In this document: positions 25,510 to 40,894 of the stretch, piece after piece
How the letters are laid out: each line of letters opens with the position of its first letter
Numbering within the stretch: position 1 is the stretch's first letter
Assembly: GCA_964016885.1 (NCBI GenBank)
Contig: OZ024740.1
Coordinates: 281,294,001-281,358,000, forward strand
DNA from: Eledone cirrhosa
Taxonomy: Eukaryota
Length of the DNA stretch: 64,000 nt
Reading direction: 5' to 3'
Program-made: the position numbers and the translations under genes
Notes under the pieces: generated by a model
Databases searched by the model: none
Told to the model about the DNA's origin: nothing
Seen by the model: only the letters and a program-made list of their open reading frames with translations

Positions 25510-28500
25510 CAAACTTTCTTAATAATGTGCTGGTGTTTGGAGTATAACTTAATAAATGTACGTATATAAAAATATATTAGATTAAAATTATTTTAGTTAA
25601 ACCTAAACAATTTTACACCGGCTGTTTTCTATTAAACAGAGGCTTGGTATCAAATTGGTTAATGGAATAGCTGATAGATAGTAAATGACAACATATGTCT
25701 TTTTTACTGGCTGGAATTGCTTTTACATCATGGTTGGTGCTATTTTTTTTACTTAAGCGCCATTAAGGATCTTTTTAATTTTGTTGTGTCAATTAAAGAC
25801 ATACTCAAAGGGGAAAAAATATACATTATTGTAAGTTAATTGACTTCCAAGTAAACAAATTAAAATCTTGAATATTTCTTTTACAGTAAACAAATCTCTC
25901 CATAAAACTAGAAATATTTATTAATTGAAGATTGTTGTAAGCCCAATGGCTGAATGAATGAAATCAGTCACTGCAACCCGACATAATTTCCAGCAATTTT
26001 GTTCAGAAGGCGTTGCACATACATCAACAAATAATAACCAAAATTCCCTAGAGGGTAACAGTAAATATTAAAAGTAGGGACAATTAAGAATTACCATGTT
26101 AAGAAACTCTTTGATGGAATGGCGGAAAACATATCTATCCCATCATTTCCGTGAACTAAAAGTAATCAACAATAGAATATAAAGAGTGGGTGTTAACACA
26201 CTTGCTAGGCAATCCACTATACACTTGTAGTCAGGATTTAGATAAATTGATTTCTTCAATATAACATATGATGGTGTAGAAAAGTAAATAGATTGATTGA
26301 CTTGTAGCCTAGGAATACGAAATATTACACCGATAAGAAGAAATACCTCACCAAATGTAGAAACATGTTAAACAGTATATGGTAATATAAACATGATTGA
26401 AAACTTTATTACCTAAACTCACTTTATTACAACACGTTTACGTTTCACAAAACCAAAACGTCATTTTGAAAAGAATGAACATATCCAGGAAACAGAAAGA
26501 ACAAATATTCAGAAAGCATTCAATACTGAGGGATTTAACAAGCAACAGAATCTTTTATTGAAACTGTCAAAACAAATGTTGGCCTACCTAAACGGATTCA
26601 GGTGTTACTGAGTGCTAATACAGGCTTTTCGATGCAAATACATGTCACGTACTTAAATTAAAAGCAATAATGCCAACATTTTTATTTAACTCCGTTTGCT
26701 GAACAATAACTTATTAGAGAAAATTGCATCATGAGAACTTGTATGTATTCTGTTGACTTTTAAAATGAAATGTTTGAATAATATTTTCACAGCCACTTTA
26801 GATATTATCTCATACAAAACACCTTAGTTCGAATATTATAGACGCCTATGAGTTAACTAAGTAGCTTTATTTTCAAATGGAACACTGATCAATTTAAACA
26901 ATGGAGGTTAGAAAAAGGCATATTAATAGAATTTTAATAAATACATTGTCGCATTTTTCTTTCATCTGTTCCTACTGCGGCACATAAAATCTGGAGTGGA
27001 GGATAATAACTGAATTATTTCAGAAATGTCCATTCTGTTCAACAACATCTAGGTATCTGTTCCAGATTCTTTGAAGGAGTCTTGAAAACTGGTGTTATTT
27101 TGAAAGTTAATTGACAGCTCCCAGTAATTATACGTATTTTCAATTACCAAAGCAGTTTAGAGAAGGTTACAAATCTTATACTGAAATGTTATAAACTAGT
27201 TAGAGCATTGGGAAAGAAATTCAATTCATTTATACTGATACAAGGGGAAGTCAAGATTTATTACTATAAATCTTGACATCCTCTTAATCCACTTTGATAA
27301 TTAAAGCGAGACTTTGAAAGTTGTAGTTGTCCGAACAGATCGTTTTACACTAATTTTCTTTTAAATTACTCCTCGCTCGTGAAATAATAATAATTTATGT
27401 TGACAAATTAATCTTTCTTTGTTGATTATGGCTAAATGGTTGACCTTTAATATCTTCTCGGAGAGAACAATTTTATATCACTTCATGATTATGTAGGAGA
27501 ATTCGTGTTACATCTGTTCTGTATCTACGTAGATGTAATTTTAGGATGAAATATCTGCTTTCATTAAAAGCATTTGTCAGAACTGTTTCTGTTGGTCATT
27601 CCATTACTAATACTATCTGACGGTGTCACCTCTTGACAGGAGATGAGGTTTGAACTCAAAACGCACACATGCGGATTACATACTGTAAAGCATCCCGTAT
27701 CGAACAAATATGCCACCCCTCTGCAGGACTGGTAGTTTATTTATAGACGGAGAAAGAATGAATGATACATTTGGCCTCGGTAGAAACTGAACTCAGAAAA
27801 CAGAGAGCTGGAATAAATACTGAGGCATTTAGTCTGGGATTCTAATGACTCCAATTCGCTGTCTTAAACTTAAAACTTGGTGGTCTCCTGTCAAATTATA
27901 AAATCAATATATATTGAGTCTAAATATAAGTAATTTTCTATGGGGTGAATTATATAGGCGTGAAAAGGCAATTTCATAGAAGAGAAACAGGAATGTGTTA
28001 CACTCATGTCTTTTAGGCATCTATTATACATAATGAGTGGTTATAACTGGGAATAAAAACCAAATCACGAACTAGTTTCTTAATTATGACCTATGACCTG
28101 TTAACTTCTGAAATTATCTTCATATAACTTATTGTTCCCAACCGAAAGAAAGTTTTCTCGGTAGGTATGTATGACATAGTTCTATTTAGTGATGGTTCGT
28201 CTTTTATCTGAGTCAATATTATTGTTCTGAGGGATAATTTTACACAGGTTATATAAGGCTATATAAGGATTCGTTGAAATAATTTTAACAATAAAAGAAA
28301 AAGGAATCTGGAGACCATTGCGTTGATTGACATAGGACTGTACAAAGTACTTTATGGCATTTAGACGGACCTCTTTACATTCTAAGTTGAAATTCTGCGT
28401 GGGCTTTGCTTTCCGAATTTTTCTGGGATTTATTAAATGAGTACCACTCAAATAATGAACAAAATAAAATAAAGTTTTAATGACGTATAACATCGCTAGA

Positions 28501-30881
28501 ATTTTCGAATTTTACGTCGAAGTAGATGGTTTTCGTGGAAAACATTTTTTTTTTTCGCTTTCAGGACAAAAGCTTTCCTTTCAAATTAACAGATATGGCG
28601 TTTATAATCTGAAAAATCTATAAAATAAACTGAATAAAATAGTGTCTACATAGTTCAATGGAAAACTATTTTTGCCATACTTGCTGAAATGGACTTTAAA
28701 AGTTTTTAATGGGGTTCTTATTATTATGTATATGTGACTAGAATATATTTAAATATGTATTCATGAATTTAAATTGTATTAATGTTTCTAGCTTCAGGAT
28801 AGTCAATCTGAAAAATAAATGCAAATATTTCAATAGCATTGCTTCAATAGCATTAGTTTACTTAACAATGTTTCACTGCACATTCCTTTCAATTCTGCTT
28901 AATCCTTTTTGTACATTTTGCAAATTGAATGGTTGTGGAACAAATGAAAACAATACGGATCTCATATTTTTTGTGACCATTGGAAATAATAAAAGACATA
29001 ATGATAAATTATTTTCCTTTAAATATGTTGTATTTTTTCTCGTAACACGAATGACATACGTACATTTGAAATACATGTTTCAAACCTATTTATATTTAGG
29101 CTTTTAAAAATAAAGTGATATATAATTAAACATTAAATCTGGGATATTTACTCACATTATCAATGAGCTATACCCAACCATCACAAAATTGTTATTGCCC
29201 GCCGTGTTTAATATCTAAATCAATAATGCAGTGCTATATATGATCTAGAATCTGTCGGATTAATTAAATCAGTTACTAAAGTGAATTAGTGATAATATTG
29301 AGTTGTTTGTAGCTTGTTTGGTAAAAGTTTCATCAGGTTTCCTGTTTCTGCAACATAAACATTTATTCGGATAATGAATTAGATTTAAACGCGCCCTTCA
29401 AGCATGGGAGCATTATACTTTTTAAAATGTAACTCGTAATCCAGATGACTCTCTAGTGCAAGATAATCCACCGTTTATTTCTTTTTATTTCCTTGGTTGT
29501 GTGTTATAAGTTGGCTTGATGTTTCTGGAGCTTTCATATAAAAAAATTCATCTGTCAGATTGTTAAATATGGTGTAATTATATTTTATTTTCATGTATAT
29601 TCTTAGTTTTATTGCCTGTCCTTCTCTATTTTATTGTTGTAACAGGATTTGAAGTTTGATCGAGTTTCCTGACACTTAAATTATGTCGTCTGTGATTCAA
29701 ATATGTATGAGAAATTCAGAATCGATTTTAATTCGTCATTAACATGGTGTAGACTTTGAAACACTTCTAGGTATGCTGTATATTTGGATTAATACAGTTA
29801 ATTTAATATCATAATATAATTCATTTAAAATAATAATCCATGACCCCGGAAGGATGAAAAGTATAGATGACTTCAAAGGAGACATATATAAGTATAGCAG
29901 GGGATTATAGTTCGGGGCTAGACTGATTCTGAAAACCGACAACCATTTTATAAATAATTATAAATATGATTATTATGCTGTCTTTGGACTAACATTTAAC
30001 ATTTCTTTTGACCATTTACACTTCTCTTTAATAATTTATATAAATTATGCTTCAAAATATTTGGACCTAGTTCAGTTTTCCCATACATACCACGAACTTT
30101 CTACGTCTGATGATATATATATATTGTATATTATCATATTTGAAAGTTGCTTTGCATGGATAATTAAAATATGGATACATAGAGTAATAATTTAATAAGT
30201 CTGGGTTTTCTTAATGTAATACATTTCAAAGAAGCGATGATGAATATTAATAACATTGATGTTAGATAATGTTGACAAGAGAATATATCTAAACAAAACA
30301 ACGAATATTTCAAAATTAAAATGTAAACGCGCGGGCATAATTAATATATCTACTAACTACCCTTTGTAGACACAACGGTTATCTATACTAAAGGCAAATA
30401 TCAAACGATAAAAATAGGAGCTCTACACAGCCATTCCACCAAAGGTGCATAAAAGCCCGATATATCACGTTAACAAAATTGGAGACCGTCTGGGTAAAAT
30501 AAAAAGTGATAATTGCCTGTGATCATAGGCATGCACGTTAAAGGCAAACAAAAACCAAACATATAATGACTTACCACTTTTTTAAGACACAAACACACCG
30601 AGGAACCTTATCAAATATGCTGACTGATGTAACTATTATTACTCATGTAGATAGTGTCTCAGAATAATTACATTCAATAATTCATTTTTTTAATACAATC
30701 ATTTTTCACGCTTCCTCATGTATATTATATAATATCGTACATTATTGTACATCGACTTAGTGCCTCCCCCATTACTACTTCGGCAAATACAGACCATATA
30801 TCCTTCACTGATAGGTCTAATAAGACCGAAATATGTCCGAAATTATCTCCCGTACTTTCTAAGATGATTGAAATAATATTA

Positions 30882-31678
30882 GCTACTAAACCACCCGTGA
30901 CCCGTTGGGTCACGTTCACTTCAAAATATTTTTAAAACATCATGTTCACTTAATTATTTTTTAAATAATTAAAATCTACACAGACATGTATATAATGCGA
31001 AATGAAACGGGAAGGCCCATATATATAGGTGTGTGTATGTATATATATAAATGTGTGTGTGTATGTATATACACATATGTATGTGTATGTGTATATGTAT
31101 ATATATGTAGGTGTTTGTGATCTATATACACTGGTCATAGACACACTCACACTAGCATATATATATATATATATATTTCAATGTATGTATAGTATATTTG
31201 GCAATATACCGTATGTTTAATTAAACACATTTTGAAGGCCATACGCTATCGGTTTTATGGTAGTGACTATGTCACTTACTTCTTTTCGGCGAAAGAAGGG
31301 AGAGAAGTTAACAGTCTGTTTCACGCTGTTGGCGATCATCAGAGCCACGCACTCCCTGCTTTCGCCGAAAATTATAGAAGCTAGATTTTTATAGAATTCT
31401 AGTAATAATCAGGAGCTGATTATATATATATATAAAGGAAATGAATACAAAGAGTTTAAAACCGTTAAAACATGTTTATATTATAGTGCACCTACGTACG
31501 TTTCGCCCTGAGCGGGATATAAAGGGCATGGAAAGCAAAATAATATTCAATATAGGATCCATGAGGGAATTCACGGTTAAATTAACATCATCATTCATAT
31601 TCCCCTTCTGTGCATGTATATATATATATATATATATACAACACCACCAGCTCTCTCTTCCATTCTCCTTCTCTGTCT

Positions 31679-31721
<43 letters not shown>

Positions 31722-31980
31722 CCCTCTCTCTTTCAATCTACTCTCTCACAACCACTATCTCTTTCCTTCTCTATATTTCTTTCTCTCTATTTATGAAGGT
31801 ACCCGGAAAAACCCGTATCTCGGGAAAGCCGCGCACCGATTTACACAACTTGTTTTATTCCATTTGTAGTCGCATTTCAGGGGCAAAATCCCTTCAAAAT
31901 TGTTCCCATTATGCGCCCTATTGGGTGTATTACATTACAGACATGGAAGCAAGCAAGCGAGCAATCGCACAATTTTAGTA
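30882..31980 (-). mobile_element. Non-autonomous Helitron-like element, copy 1 (interrupted at ~31175-31620)
   Basis: Terminal hairpin cgtgaccc-gtt-gggtcacg. Colinear with copy 2 on both sides of the inserted segments. Confidence 0.6.
31283..31371 (-). ncRNA. Hammerhead motif inside an extended hairpin
   Basis: Minus: CTGATGA-tcgc(caaca)gcgt-GAAA-cag(a)ctg-TT, closed distally by ttttcggcgaaag/ctttcgccgaaaa (13 bp). Confidence 0.7.
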
Positions 31981-32189
31981 ATATGCAAGAGCACCCGTGA
32001 ACCGTTGGATCACGTTCCCTTCAAAATATGTTTTAAAAATCATCTTCACTTAAAAATAATGTTTAAATAATTAAAATATACACAGACATGTATATAATGT
32101 GAAATGAAACTGGAAGGCCCATATATATACGTTTCTGTATGTATATATATATATATATATATATAGATGTGTGTGTTTGTATACATATA

Positions 32190-32249
<60 letters not shown>

Positions 32250-32252
<3 letters not shown>

Positions 32253-34475
32253 GTTTGAATATGTATAATAAAGCCAAAACAATGCAGGTATGGACATAGA
32301 AAAAATAATGCAATTGCAAAAGATATTGTTGACAATTCGTCTTTTACCTTAGATTTATTTAAATGTCCTTAATTTTCGAGATAATATCTCTTCTTCAGAG
32401 GGAAATAAAGGTCTCAAACCAGCGTTCTAAATAGCTTGGCAAGCCATGCTGACAGGAAATAGTATGGAGTATCTGTTCTATCTCTAATGTCAAAGAGTTA
32501 AAATTAGGTGGATAAAGAGTAGTCTCCCTTTAAAAGGGGTTTGTTTTGGGGTTTTTTTTCATATACATGCCTGTTTAAGTGTGTGGGAGAATGCATGAAG
32601 GTGTAAGTATGTGAGTGTGTGTGTGTGAGTGTGAGAAGATAAGTCTATTCGTAAATGTGGGGGGTAGGTGTTATCTGGTATTAGAACTGGTTTTGTGTGT
32701 GTATGTGTGAGAGAGAATAAGTGGAGGTGTAAGCGTGTGTGTGGGGGGGGGGGGGGTAAATATGGGGCTAGAAGCCCTATCAGGTTATAAATTGGGTGTT
32801 GAGTTCTAGTCTATTATTGATTGGTGGTTGTGTTTTATCTATAATTAGTGCTTCCTTAATTCTAAGATTGCCGAGGTTTCTTTCCTTAGTTTCTATCCTA
32901 ACTGTTATGGTTTTGTCGGTGTTTTTGCATTTAACTAGGTGTTTCTTAAATGAGGAAGCGTTAGTATTGAGGTGTTCTTTTATTCTTATGTGGAGTGGTC
33001 TGGTGGTGCTACCTACGTAGAAGTTGTTGCATGTCACACTCTAGTCTGTATACGACGTAAGCCTGGTGGCATAGGTCTGTGTCGTTGATGGGGCAGTTGG
33101 CTAGTCTGCAGCAGTTGTCATGTCTGGTGGAGTGTCTTTTGGTTAGCTGTCCGCGTAGAGAAGGACCTGAGTGGGCCAGTTGGATATCTAGTCCCTCTCG
33201 TCTGATGGCTCTGCGGATGGCTGTTGTTGTTTCTTCACTGAAGTGTGGGAGCTTCAGGAAGCAAGTGTTAGTGCCTCGGGTGTGGTGTCCTCTGTTCTTT
33301 CTGGCACGGTTTGTGGTGGATGTCGTGTATCCGTTCAGTTTGAGTACTTCCAGGAAATGTGTGGTGTGTGTGTCTCGGTCTCTAGCGTCGGTGCATTTGT
33401 TCCGGATACGTGCAGCTCCTTCCTTATGTATCCGAACTTGGCACCGAGTGGGAGGGCCGATCTGAAATGTACGAAAAGGTCCCTGCTGGCGGCTTTTTTA
33501 TAGAAGCAGGTGTGGATGTTGCCTTCCTCTGTTACCCTGAGTTGGAAGTCCAGTAGGGATAGGGATCCGCGGTCATCGGGGTGTTCCATGCTGAACTTTA
33601 TACTGGCGTCCATGCTGGAGAATGTTGTGTATATTTTATCTGCCTCCTCACGGGATGATGTAAGAATGAGTATGTCATCTACATATCGGGTGAAGTAGGC
33701 ATGGGAATGGCAGGTGTTGAGGGCTCTGCATTCTAGCTGGTTCATGTAGGTGATGGCCAGCAGGCCCGATAGGCTGGATCCCATGGGTAATCGTGTTGTC
33801 TGTCTGTATGTGTGGTGGTGGAAGGTGAAGTACGTGTTGTCTACTGTGAAGGACAAAAGCTGGTGTATGTCCGTCGGGTGGAGGCCGTAGCAGTGGATGT
33901 CCTCTGCGACCACGCAGTCCGCCAATAAATCGACAGCTGGATGAGCGGGGACTGTAGTGTAGAGGTAGACAACGTCGAGGCTAAAAGCGTATTTATTTAG
34001 TTTAAGTTGTTCTGGCTGGAGTTGGTGTAGTCTACGTATAACTTCGTCGGAGCTACTGACATGCCCGGGAAAGGTGGAGAGTAGAGGCTTGAGGACCTGG
34101 GAGAGGAGCCAGGAAATTTTGTATAGGGGTCCTTCTATGCTAGAGACGATGAGTCTTATTTGCGTCTTAGTACTATTCTTGTGGGTCTTGATGAGGTGGT
34201 AGAAAGTGGGCAGTCTGATATTTCTAGTGGTATAGTTGAGCTTAACTTTATTTGGGAGTTGTCTTCTCCTACAGATATCGAACCAAATGGAGTTGGTCTG
34301 TTTTTCGATCTGGGCTGCAGCCATGTCCGGGATCTTTGTGTATAATTCATTGTCGCTTAGGTGTTCAAAGGCTAGGTTATTGTATGTGGCTTGAGAGATG
34401 ACGCAAAAATCTTTACCTTTGTCGGATGGTAAGTATATAAGTTCCCTATTCCGTAGGTTCTTCAGGGCGAGTTGT
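32250..34475 (-). mobile_element. 5'-truncated Penelope-like element (non-Naiad RT, C-terminal GIY-YIG)
   Basis: YLPSDKG, LIKTHK, SLDVVYLYT, LPMGSSLSG, RYVDD, LLDF. GIY-YIG FYVGSTTRPLHIRIKEH...LRIKEA...INNR. Frameshifted. Confidence 0.9.
32367..32402 (-). ncRNA. Minimal hammerhead at PLE 3' end
   Basis: Minus: cct-CTGAAGA-agagat(att)atctc-GAAA-at-TA-agg, followed by AATAAA. Confidence 0.7.
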
Positions 34476-37400
34476 ATATATATATATATATATGGGTGTC
34501 TATGATCTATATACACTGGTCATAGACACACACGCACACATATACACACATATATATACATATATATACACACACTCATATATATATATACAACCAGCTC
34601 TCTCTTTCTCCATCTCTCTCTCTCTCTCTTCCATTCTCCTTCTTTGTCACCTCTTCCTCTCTCTATGTCTCTCTTTCAATCTACTCTCTAACAACTACTA
34701 TCTCTTTCTCTCTATCCTTCTCTCTCTCTGTTTACAAAGGTACCCAGAAAAACCCCACATATCAGGAAGCCGTGCACTGATTTACGCGAAACTTGTTTTA
34801 TTCCATTGATATTCACATTTCACGGTCAACATCCTTTCAATCTATTTTCCCATTATGTGCCCTTATGGCTGTATTACATTACAGACAAGTAAGCAAGCAA
34901 GCGAGTAATATATAGATAGATAGACCTATTGTTATAATTTCCACACTGTATAAATATTTCTAATTAGATTTTGATGATTATGATATCAAGAATGATATCA
35001 CGAATTAATTATCTACTTTTATATATATTAATATTCTATTTAGAATAACCGAATTATTTCCAGCTCCGGATTTCGAAAATGGTGTAAATAAAATTATTGA
35101 ACGAAGAAAAAAAAAAAAAGAATTTGCAAGCATTCAGAAATATCTGTCAATTAAAATAAAATGCTTAATTTAATGCTACAAATTCCGAAATTTCTAGCTA
35201 TAGTAGTATGCAAAAATAGTTTAGCTCATATAGAAAATGTATTGCTTAAGTATTGCTGCAACGTAAACATTAACTGATAATGAAGTAGTAGAAGTTGAGA
35301 TTTAGTAAAAGTGAATTCCTTAAATTTCGTATTATAATTCATATCAACTGATATGTATTAAAATACATGACTAATACAAAATTTAAGGAAAATTGATAAG
35401 AAAATTACGGCAGAGATGAGATGAAATCTTTACTTACAGATTTATCTTTGAATAGGATTTAAATCAAGAGAAATATAATTAAAATAAATTTTTAAGCTAC
35501 AATATAACTATATAGATTGTCTACAGCATATTTGTATAGAAAAGCAATATCATTTTTACACATATTCTAAATGTAGTGTTTTCTGTTCTACATGTTTTGA
35601 GTGTCCGCTGTTTCTTTTCCTCATACAGTCTCTGACAGAACGAGATACGTTTCTTCACTCCTTGAATGGATTTTGTACTGCGATGTCACTTATGTTCAAC
35701 TGATATAACTCTTGCCCTGTTAATATAAACAGATATTTTGCATAAGAATATGACAACCTTGCTGCTCTGATCAGAACCAAAACTTTAATGTTATGCATAT
35801 CAAGAAAGAAAATTCCCACTTAGACCTCTACGCACAAATAGAATATAGCTAAAACACTAATAATCGGTAAAAGTATTATACCTAGCAACATTTGATGATC
35901 TCTAAAGTCGATCACTTGGCTAAGATTAAGAGAACAGAGACCAGCTTTCTTATTTCCTCAAATCAGCGTTCTGTGTACGCTCTACGTGTGAATTCATTCA
36001 ATGTATTTCATGTACACGTAGTAAACATCTCACTTGTCCACCTTTTTTTCTCAGAACTGCAGCCTTCTAAAAGATCTTACCAGTTCACACATTACTTACA
36101 CACATCGAATTTCAGAAGTTATAAATTATCAACCGCAGAGTGCATTCAATTTATTGATTCCTTTCCTTTTCCTCGGCCTAAATAATAGATACATTCAAAA
36201 TATTTTCGAACGTACATATTTAACTGAAATATATTCCATAAAAAAATATGAGTGATTTTGTAAATAATGTTAACATCTACATTTTATCATTGTTGCATCT
36301 TAATACTCTAAGCAGCCATATTTCATGAAATATAAACGTAAACCAGGACAACAATTTTACTAATATAGAACTTGTCAGTTTTATTTATGTTCAATATTTA
36401 TTTGTTTAGAAAGTGAACGTGCAGAAATATTTCCTTTCATATTGGATCTACTTTTTGACGAAGTGGTTATGTCACTTCGATTTTAAACGGGTTCTTTATA
36501 AATTGAAAACAATATCTTTATCTAAAAATATCTTATAGAGTTAATAAACCATACATATCTTACTGCATCCAATTTCTTTTATACTTATTATTCGACTTCT
36601 CTGTGTTCGTACCTGGCGTACGTGTGTGTGTATGTTTAATTCTATTCATTCGATGTCTACTTAAAGTTACATTATTTAATTTCTTCTTTTAAACCTCTTT
36701 GTAGTGTATATTGATCTTATTATGCACATTCTGAAATATATTTAATTTTTATTCAAAGTTTAGTCGCAGTTTTTATCGCAGTTTTGGTGCGCTATTCGTG
36801 ACAATTATCACTAGTATGCCACATCTAAAGTATTATTGTACTAGTGTATAACTGGTTGTTTATGAAGGGAATATATAATGTTTTGTGAAAGCGCGTGACT
36901 GAGTGGTTAGAGAATTGGATTCCTTGAGCAAGGCATTTTATTTCATGTTGCACCTTCTACCTGGAGATGCGACAGATAGACAGTATTAGCAATTGGAAAG
37001 ACCAACGGAAACATAGTTTTCTTGGTCCTATTTGACGAAAGTCGATCGACTGTGGATATAATATTCACTTTCTTCTTCAAATTTTAACGAAGCTGTTCTT
37101 GTTAGAATTGTTACTGATTTTGTGTAGTTGTCATTATTTTCTTTTGTTATCCCTGTGATGGTAATAGTGGTGTTGACATGTTTAGTAGCGAGATATTAGT
37201 TACACCTTGTGTGTGTGTCTGTGTGTGTGTATTGTGTATGCGTGTGTATGGTATGTGTGTGTGGTATGCGTGGTGTGTGTAGTGGGTGTGTATATTGCTG
37301 GCGTCGTTTGCTAAATAAACCTCAGTTTATCCCCTAAGAGCTACAGATGGAGAGGTACTATCCAGCTCCCTAAGATTCTATAAAACGGTAACAAATGTTC

Positions 37401-37479
37401 AATATATAACTTTGTGTAATAATTAAAATGAATGACAAATGAATGAACAAAATAATAATAATAAAAGGAATGAAGGTGA

Positions 37480-39960
37480 GTAAGGAATACAAAGTAACTT
37501 CAAAACCTGACATTCTATCAATCAAATAAACCCTGAAACAGAAACTACTGCTGAAAGATCAAAGAATCAGAAGATTAAAAAAGGGAAATAGGTATACAGG
37601 CAAAATAAGCTATTTATGTCAAATACTAAAAGGTTTTACGGAGAAATTGGGTCACGCAGAATTCAAGTAAAAGTACCTTCTTCAATTCCTGAAAGAATGC
37701 TGTACAACAATAAGTATAGAAACATCTCATAGTGCAAATGTAGAATGGATAAAGAACATGGAAGAAACATACAATAATTTAGAAAGACAGGCTTGGGAAG
37801 GCATAATTTGGAAAAACTAGAGTTAGCACTAAAGAAAACCAACAAATGGAAATCTTCTGGCATTGATAAAGTGACGAACTTATGGTTATCTTCTCTAACT
37901 GCTACACATGATATGTTGGTAAATTTTTATAACAAAATTATGCACGACCCTGAGAAAACTCCTGTTTGGTTTGGTCAAGTTATAACATATCTCTTGCTAA
38001 AATTGACAGAAATAAATATTCCAAAAAATTATCGTCCTCTCATTTGCCTTCTTACAACATACACAATTTTGACCTCAATCTTGACTGAGAAAACCTAGAA
38101 ATTTATGGATCAAATTCTCTTTACCTCAGTAGGCAGAAAGGTTGATGTCGTGGGCCTTATAGTTGCAAAAACCAACTCTTCTTTGGAAAGACCAACTGAT
38201 TCTAGGAAACAGTCATAACAAGCGCAGAAGTTTGAGTACTGCTTGAATTGAATATAAAGAATCATTTGATAGTGTTCAACATTCATGAATTTTGAAAAAT
38301 TTGAATGTTCTGAAAATTTCCCCAGTAATATCAAACTTCCTGAAATACAATATTTCAGTATGGAATACAAATCTATCAGTGTCACACAATGATGGAACCA
38401 TAAATTCCAGTATCATAAATATTAACTGTGCTATTTTTCAAAGTGATTTGTTTTCTTCCCTGTTAGTTTGCATTACGCTCACACTGCTGTCTCTAGCGCT
38501 CAACAAATCAACATATGGCTACGAAATAGACAGCAAAACCATACATTATCTGTTTTATATAGATGACTTGAAACTGTATGCCAAGTATTACAGTGAATTG
38601 GAAGGGCTGCTGAAGATATGGTATTTGGATTGTAAAAAAGTACCAAAGTCACATTCAAGAAAGGCAAAATGACAAGCACAAGCTCAATGGAAAGGCAAAA
38701 TGACAAGCACAAGCGCAATGGAAATAGATGTTAATACAATAATTAAGGAACGAGGACAGGAACAAACCTACACATATCTAAGGATAAATGAAGGCGAATT
38801 CACCATGTCAGCAGGAAAGAGAGAATCAGGAAGGTATGCTACCGGAGATTACATGCTCTCTTGAAAACTGAGCTCAGACCAAAGAATAAAATATCTGCCA
38901 TAAATACGCTTGCAATTTCAGTTTTCACCGATAGTTTCAATATTATCAATTGGGACGTTAGTGAAATAAAGAAAATGGACACCAAAATCTACTGACCTAA
39001 AGCATATGTGTATCCCCTCTATCTCCCCAGACATGCAAAATATCAACAATTGGACTCGAAAGATACCCGAAAACTACAGATGATTGAATGCTGAAAATGG
39101 TTGCAGATCACTAAAAGAGCGGGATTACATTCAAACACAAAAGAAAGTAGGAATTTTATGGAAGGATTGAGAATTCATTTTGAAAATGATGGTGATTCTG
39201 CAATTAAACGTTGGTAAAACATGAAGGTCTACGGAGACTGTGCACTAAATGGGATCCAAAATCACTGCATGGACAGTAACAAAAGAACTGATGTAGATCA
39301 AATTCTCACCCACCAATGGCAAAAGACAGAGTGTGGGCTTCATTTTGGCTGCACAAAACAAGTGTTTTTCAACGCGCATCTTTCAAACCAATCTGAACAG
39401 TGTGGATTCTGCAATGATCATGTTCAGACCATTGAGGTCTTTTCAGGCTGCAAAGTATCAGCTATCCAGGAATGTAAAATGATAGAGAGGTTATACTTAC
39501 ACTGGGTAATTTGCAGATTTGATGGTATAAAACCCTGAAAAGAAATGGTACAACCAAGACCTAGAGGCAGTCGCAGGAGACGAGCATGTGGCAATCCTAT
39601 GCGAACACCAACAGAACAATCAAGGTCAACATACCAGATATAATTTTGAAGGATCATTAAAAGAAAACATACTTCTTAATTGACATGAGTATTCCATTAG
39701 ACCGTAACATCTCGAAAAAGATCCGAATGCTCAGTAAATATCAAGATTTGACAGTTAAAATTGAGAAAATATGGCATCTATAAGATGCCAAATTTTCACA
39801 CTGTTCAATACCAGCGATAGTCAGTGTACTTGGAATGATAAAAAAAAGAAATGAAAATGATTTGGACTAGATACCTGGAAAGCTATCTCTGCTAGAGATA
39901 CAGACAATAGTGTTAACTGGCACATTAAATGACCTGAGAACCTGAGAAGGGCAATTCAAA
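37480..39960 (+). mobile_element. Decayed R4/Dong-clade non-LTR retrotransposon (RT + RLE)
   Basis: KWKSSGIDKVTNLWL, PKNYRPLICL, FQSDLFSSL, HYLFYIDDLKLY, CGFC..QTIE..SGC, RTIKVNIPDII...LIDMSIP. Confidence 0.85.
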
Positions 39961-40182
39961 TACCAAGCAAAGACATTTACTGTCGTTTAAGCCTTTGTGG
40001 CATCATTTGTATGGCTATTGATTGTAAAAATGTGTGTATTACGAAATTTTGCCTCAAGTATTAGCGTGACATTCGGCATGATATGGGAAAGAAGCAGAAT
40101 TCAAAGGATATTTCAAATAATAATAATATAAATAGATAAAGAGAGAGAGAGAGAGAGAGGTAGAGAGAGAGAGAGAGGTAGA

Positions 40183-40232
<50 letters not shown>

Positions 40233-40427
40233 GAGAGAAAGAATTGAGTAAAAAGAAAGAGAAAACAAGGACTTTCATAGATATCTTGTTAGATTGTCGG
40301 ATTACAAACACGCGCGCACATATATGCATACACATTTGTATGTGGATATATATATATATATATAAGCGGTTATCAAACAATTTTCTAAATAAATTAAAAA
40401 ACGATTTAAATAATCATCTGTTCTATT

Positions 40428-40507
40428 GCTGTTACCGACGGTTTCACCATTCCAAATATTAGAAATCCAGAGAATTTCCAATGGAAAGAAATGGATCTTC
40501 AGACAAC
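40428..40507 (-). ncRNA. Hammerhead ribozyme with long branched stem II (unit 1)
   Basis: Minus: gttgt-CTGAAGA-tccatt...aatggt-GAAA-ccg(t)cgg-TA-acagc. Confidence 0.8.
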
Positions 40508-40894
40508 TTATTTCCATACTATCAGGTTGCCAGCCTTGCAGAAAGTAAATATTTCGCTTCCTGCCCAACGCATGCGGTCAAGCCGTTAAAATAAGACACA
40601 CGCAAATTCAGGTCGCAGATAATAGCTGTTTATTATAAACGTGTTGATACTGCCACTAAAATTAGTAGCATTATTCAACGTTTTGTTCTCTACATAAGGA
40701 GAAAATTATAAAAGTGGATGAATACTTCAACAGGCACTAAGTACTTGTAGAAATATGCAAGGTGTTTATAATATTTGTGGTTCGATGGTACTAATTTGAG
40801 ATACCACAACAATATAAAAAGAGCGGAGCAAGCGGTTATCAAACAATTTTCTAAATAAATTAAAAAACGATTTAAATAATCACCTGTTCTATTT

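Larger units (their letters stand above)
31985..34925 (-). mobile_element. Helitron-like element copy 2, split by a PLE insertion in its internal (TA)n
   Basis: 31985-32200 and 34492-34910 match copy 1. The end reads ctatctatatatta on the minus strand. Confidence 0.6.

Noticed and set aside
30108-30160. CTGATGA...GAAA motif
   Set aside because: Stems I and II cannot be paired convincingly.
38661-38722. 31-bp tandem duplication
   Set aside because: Ordinary local duplication within the dead R4/Dong element.
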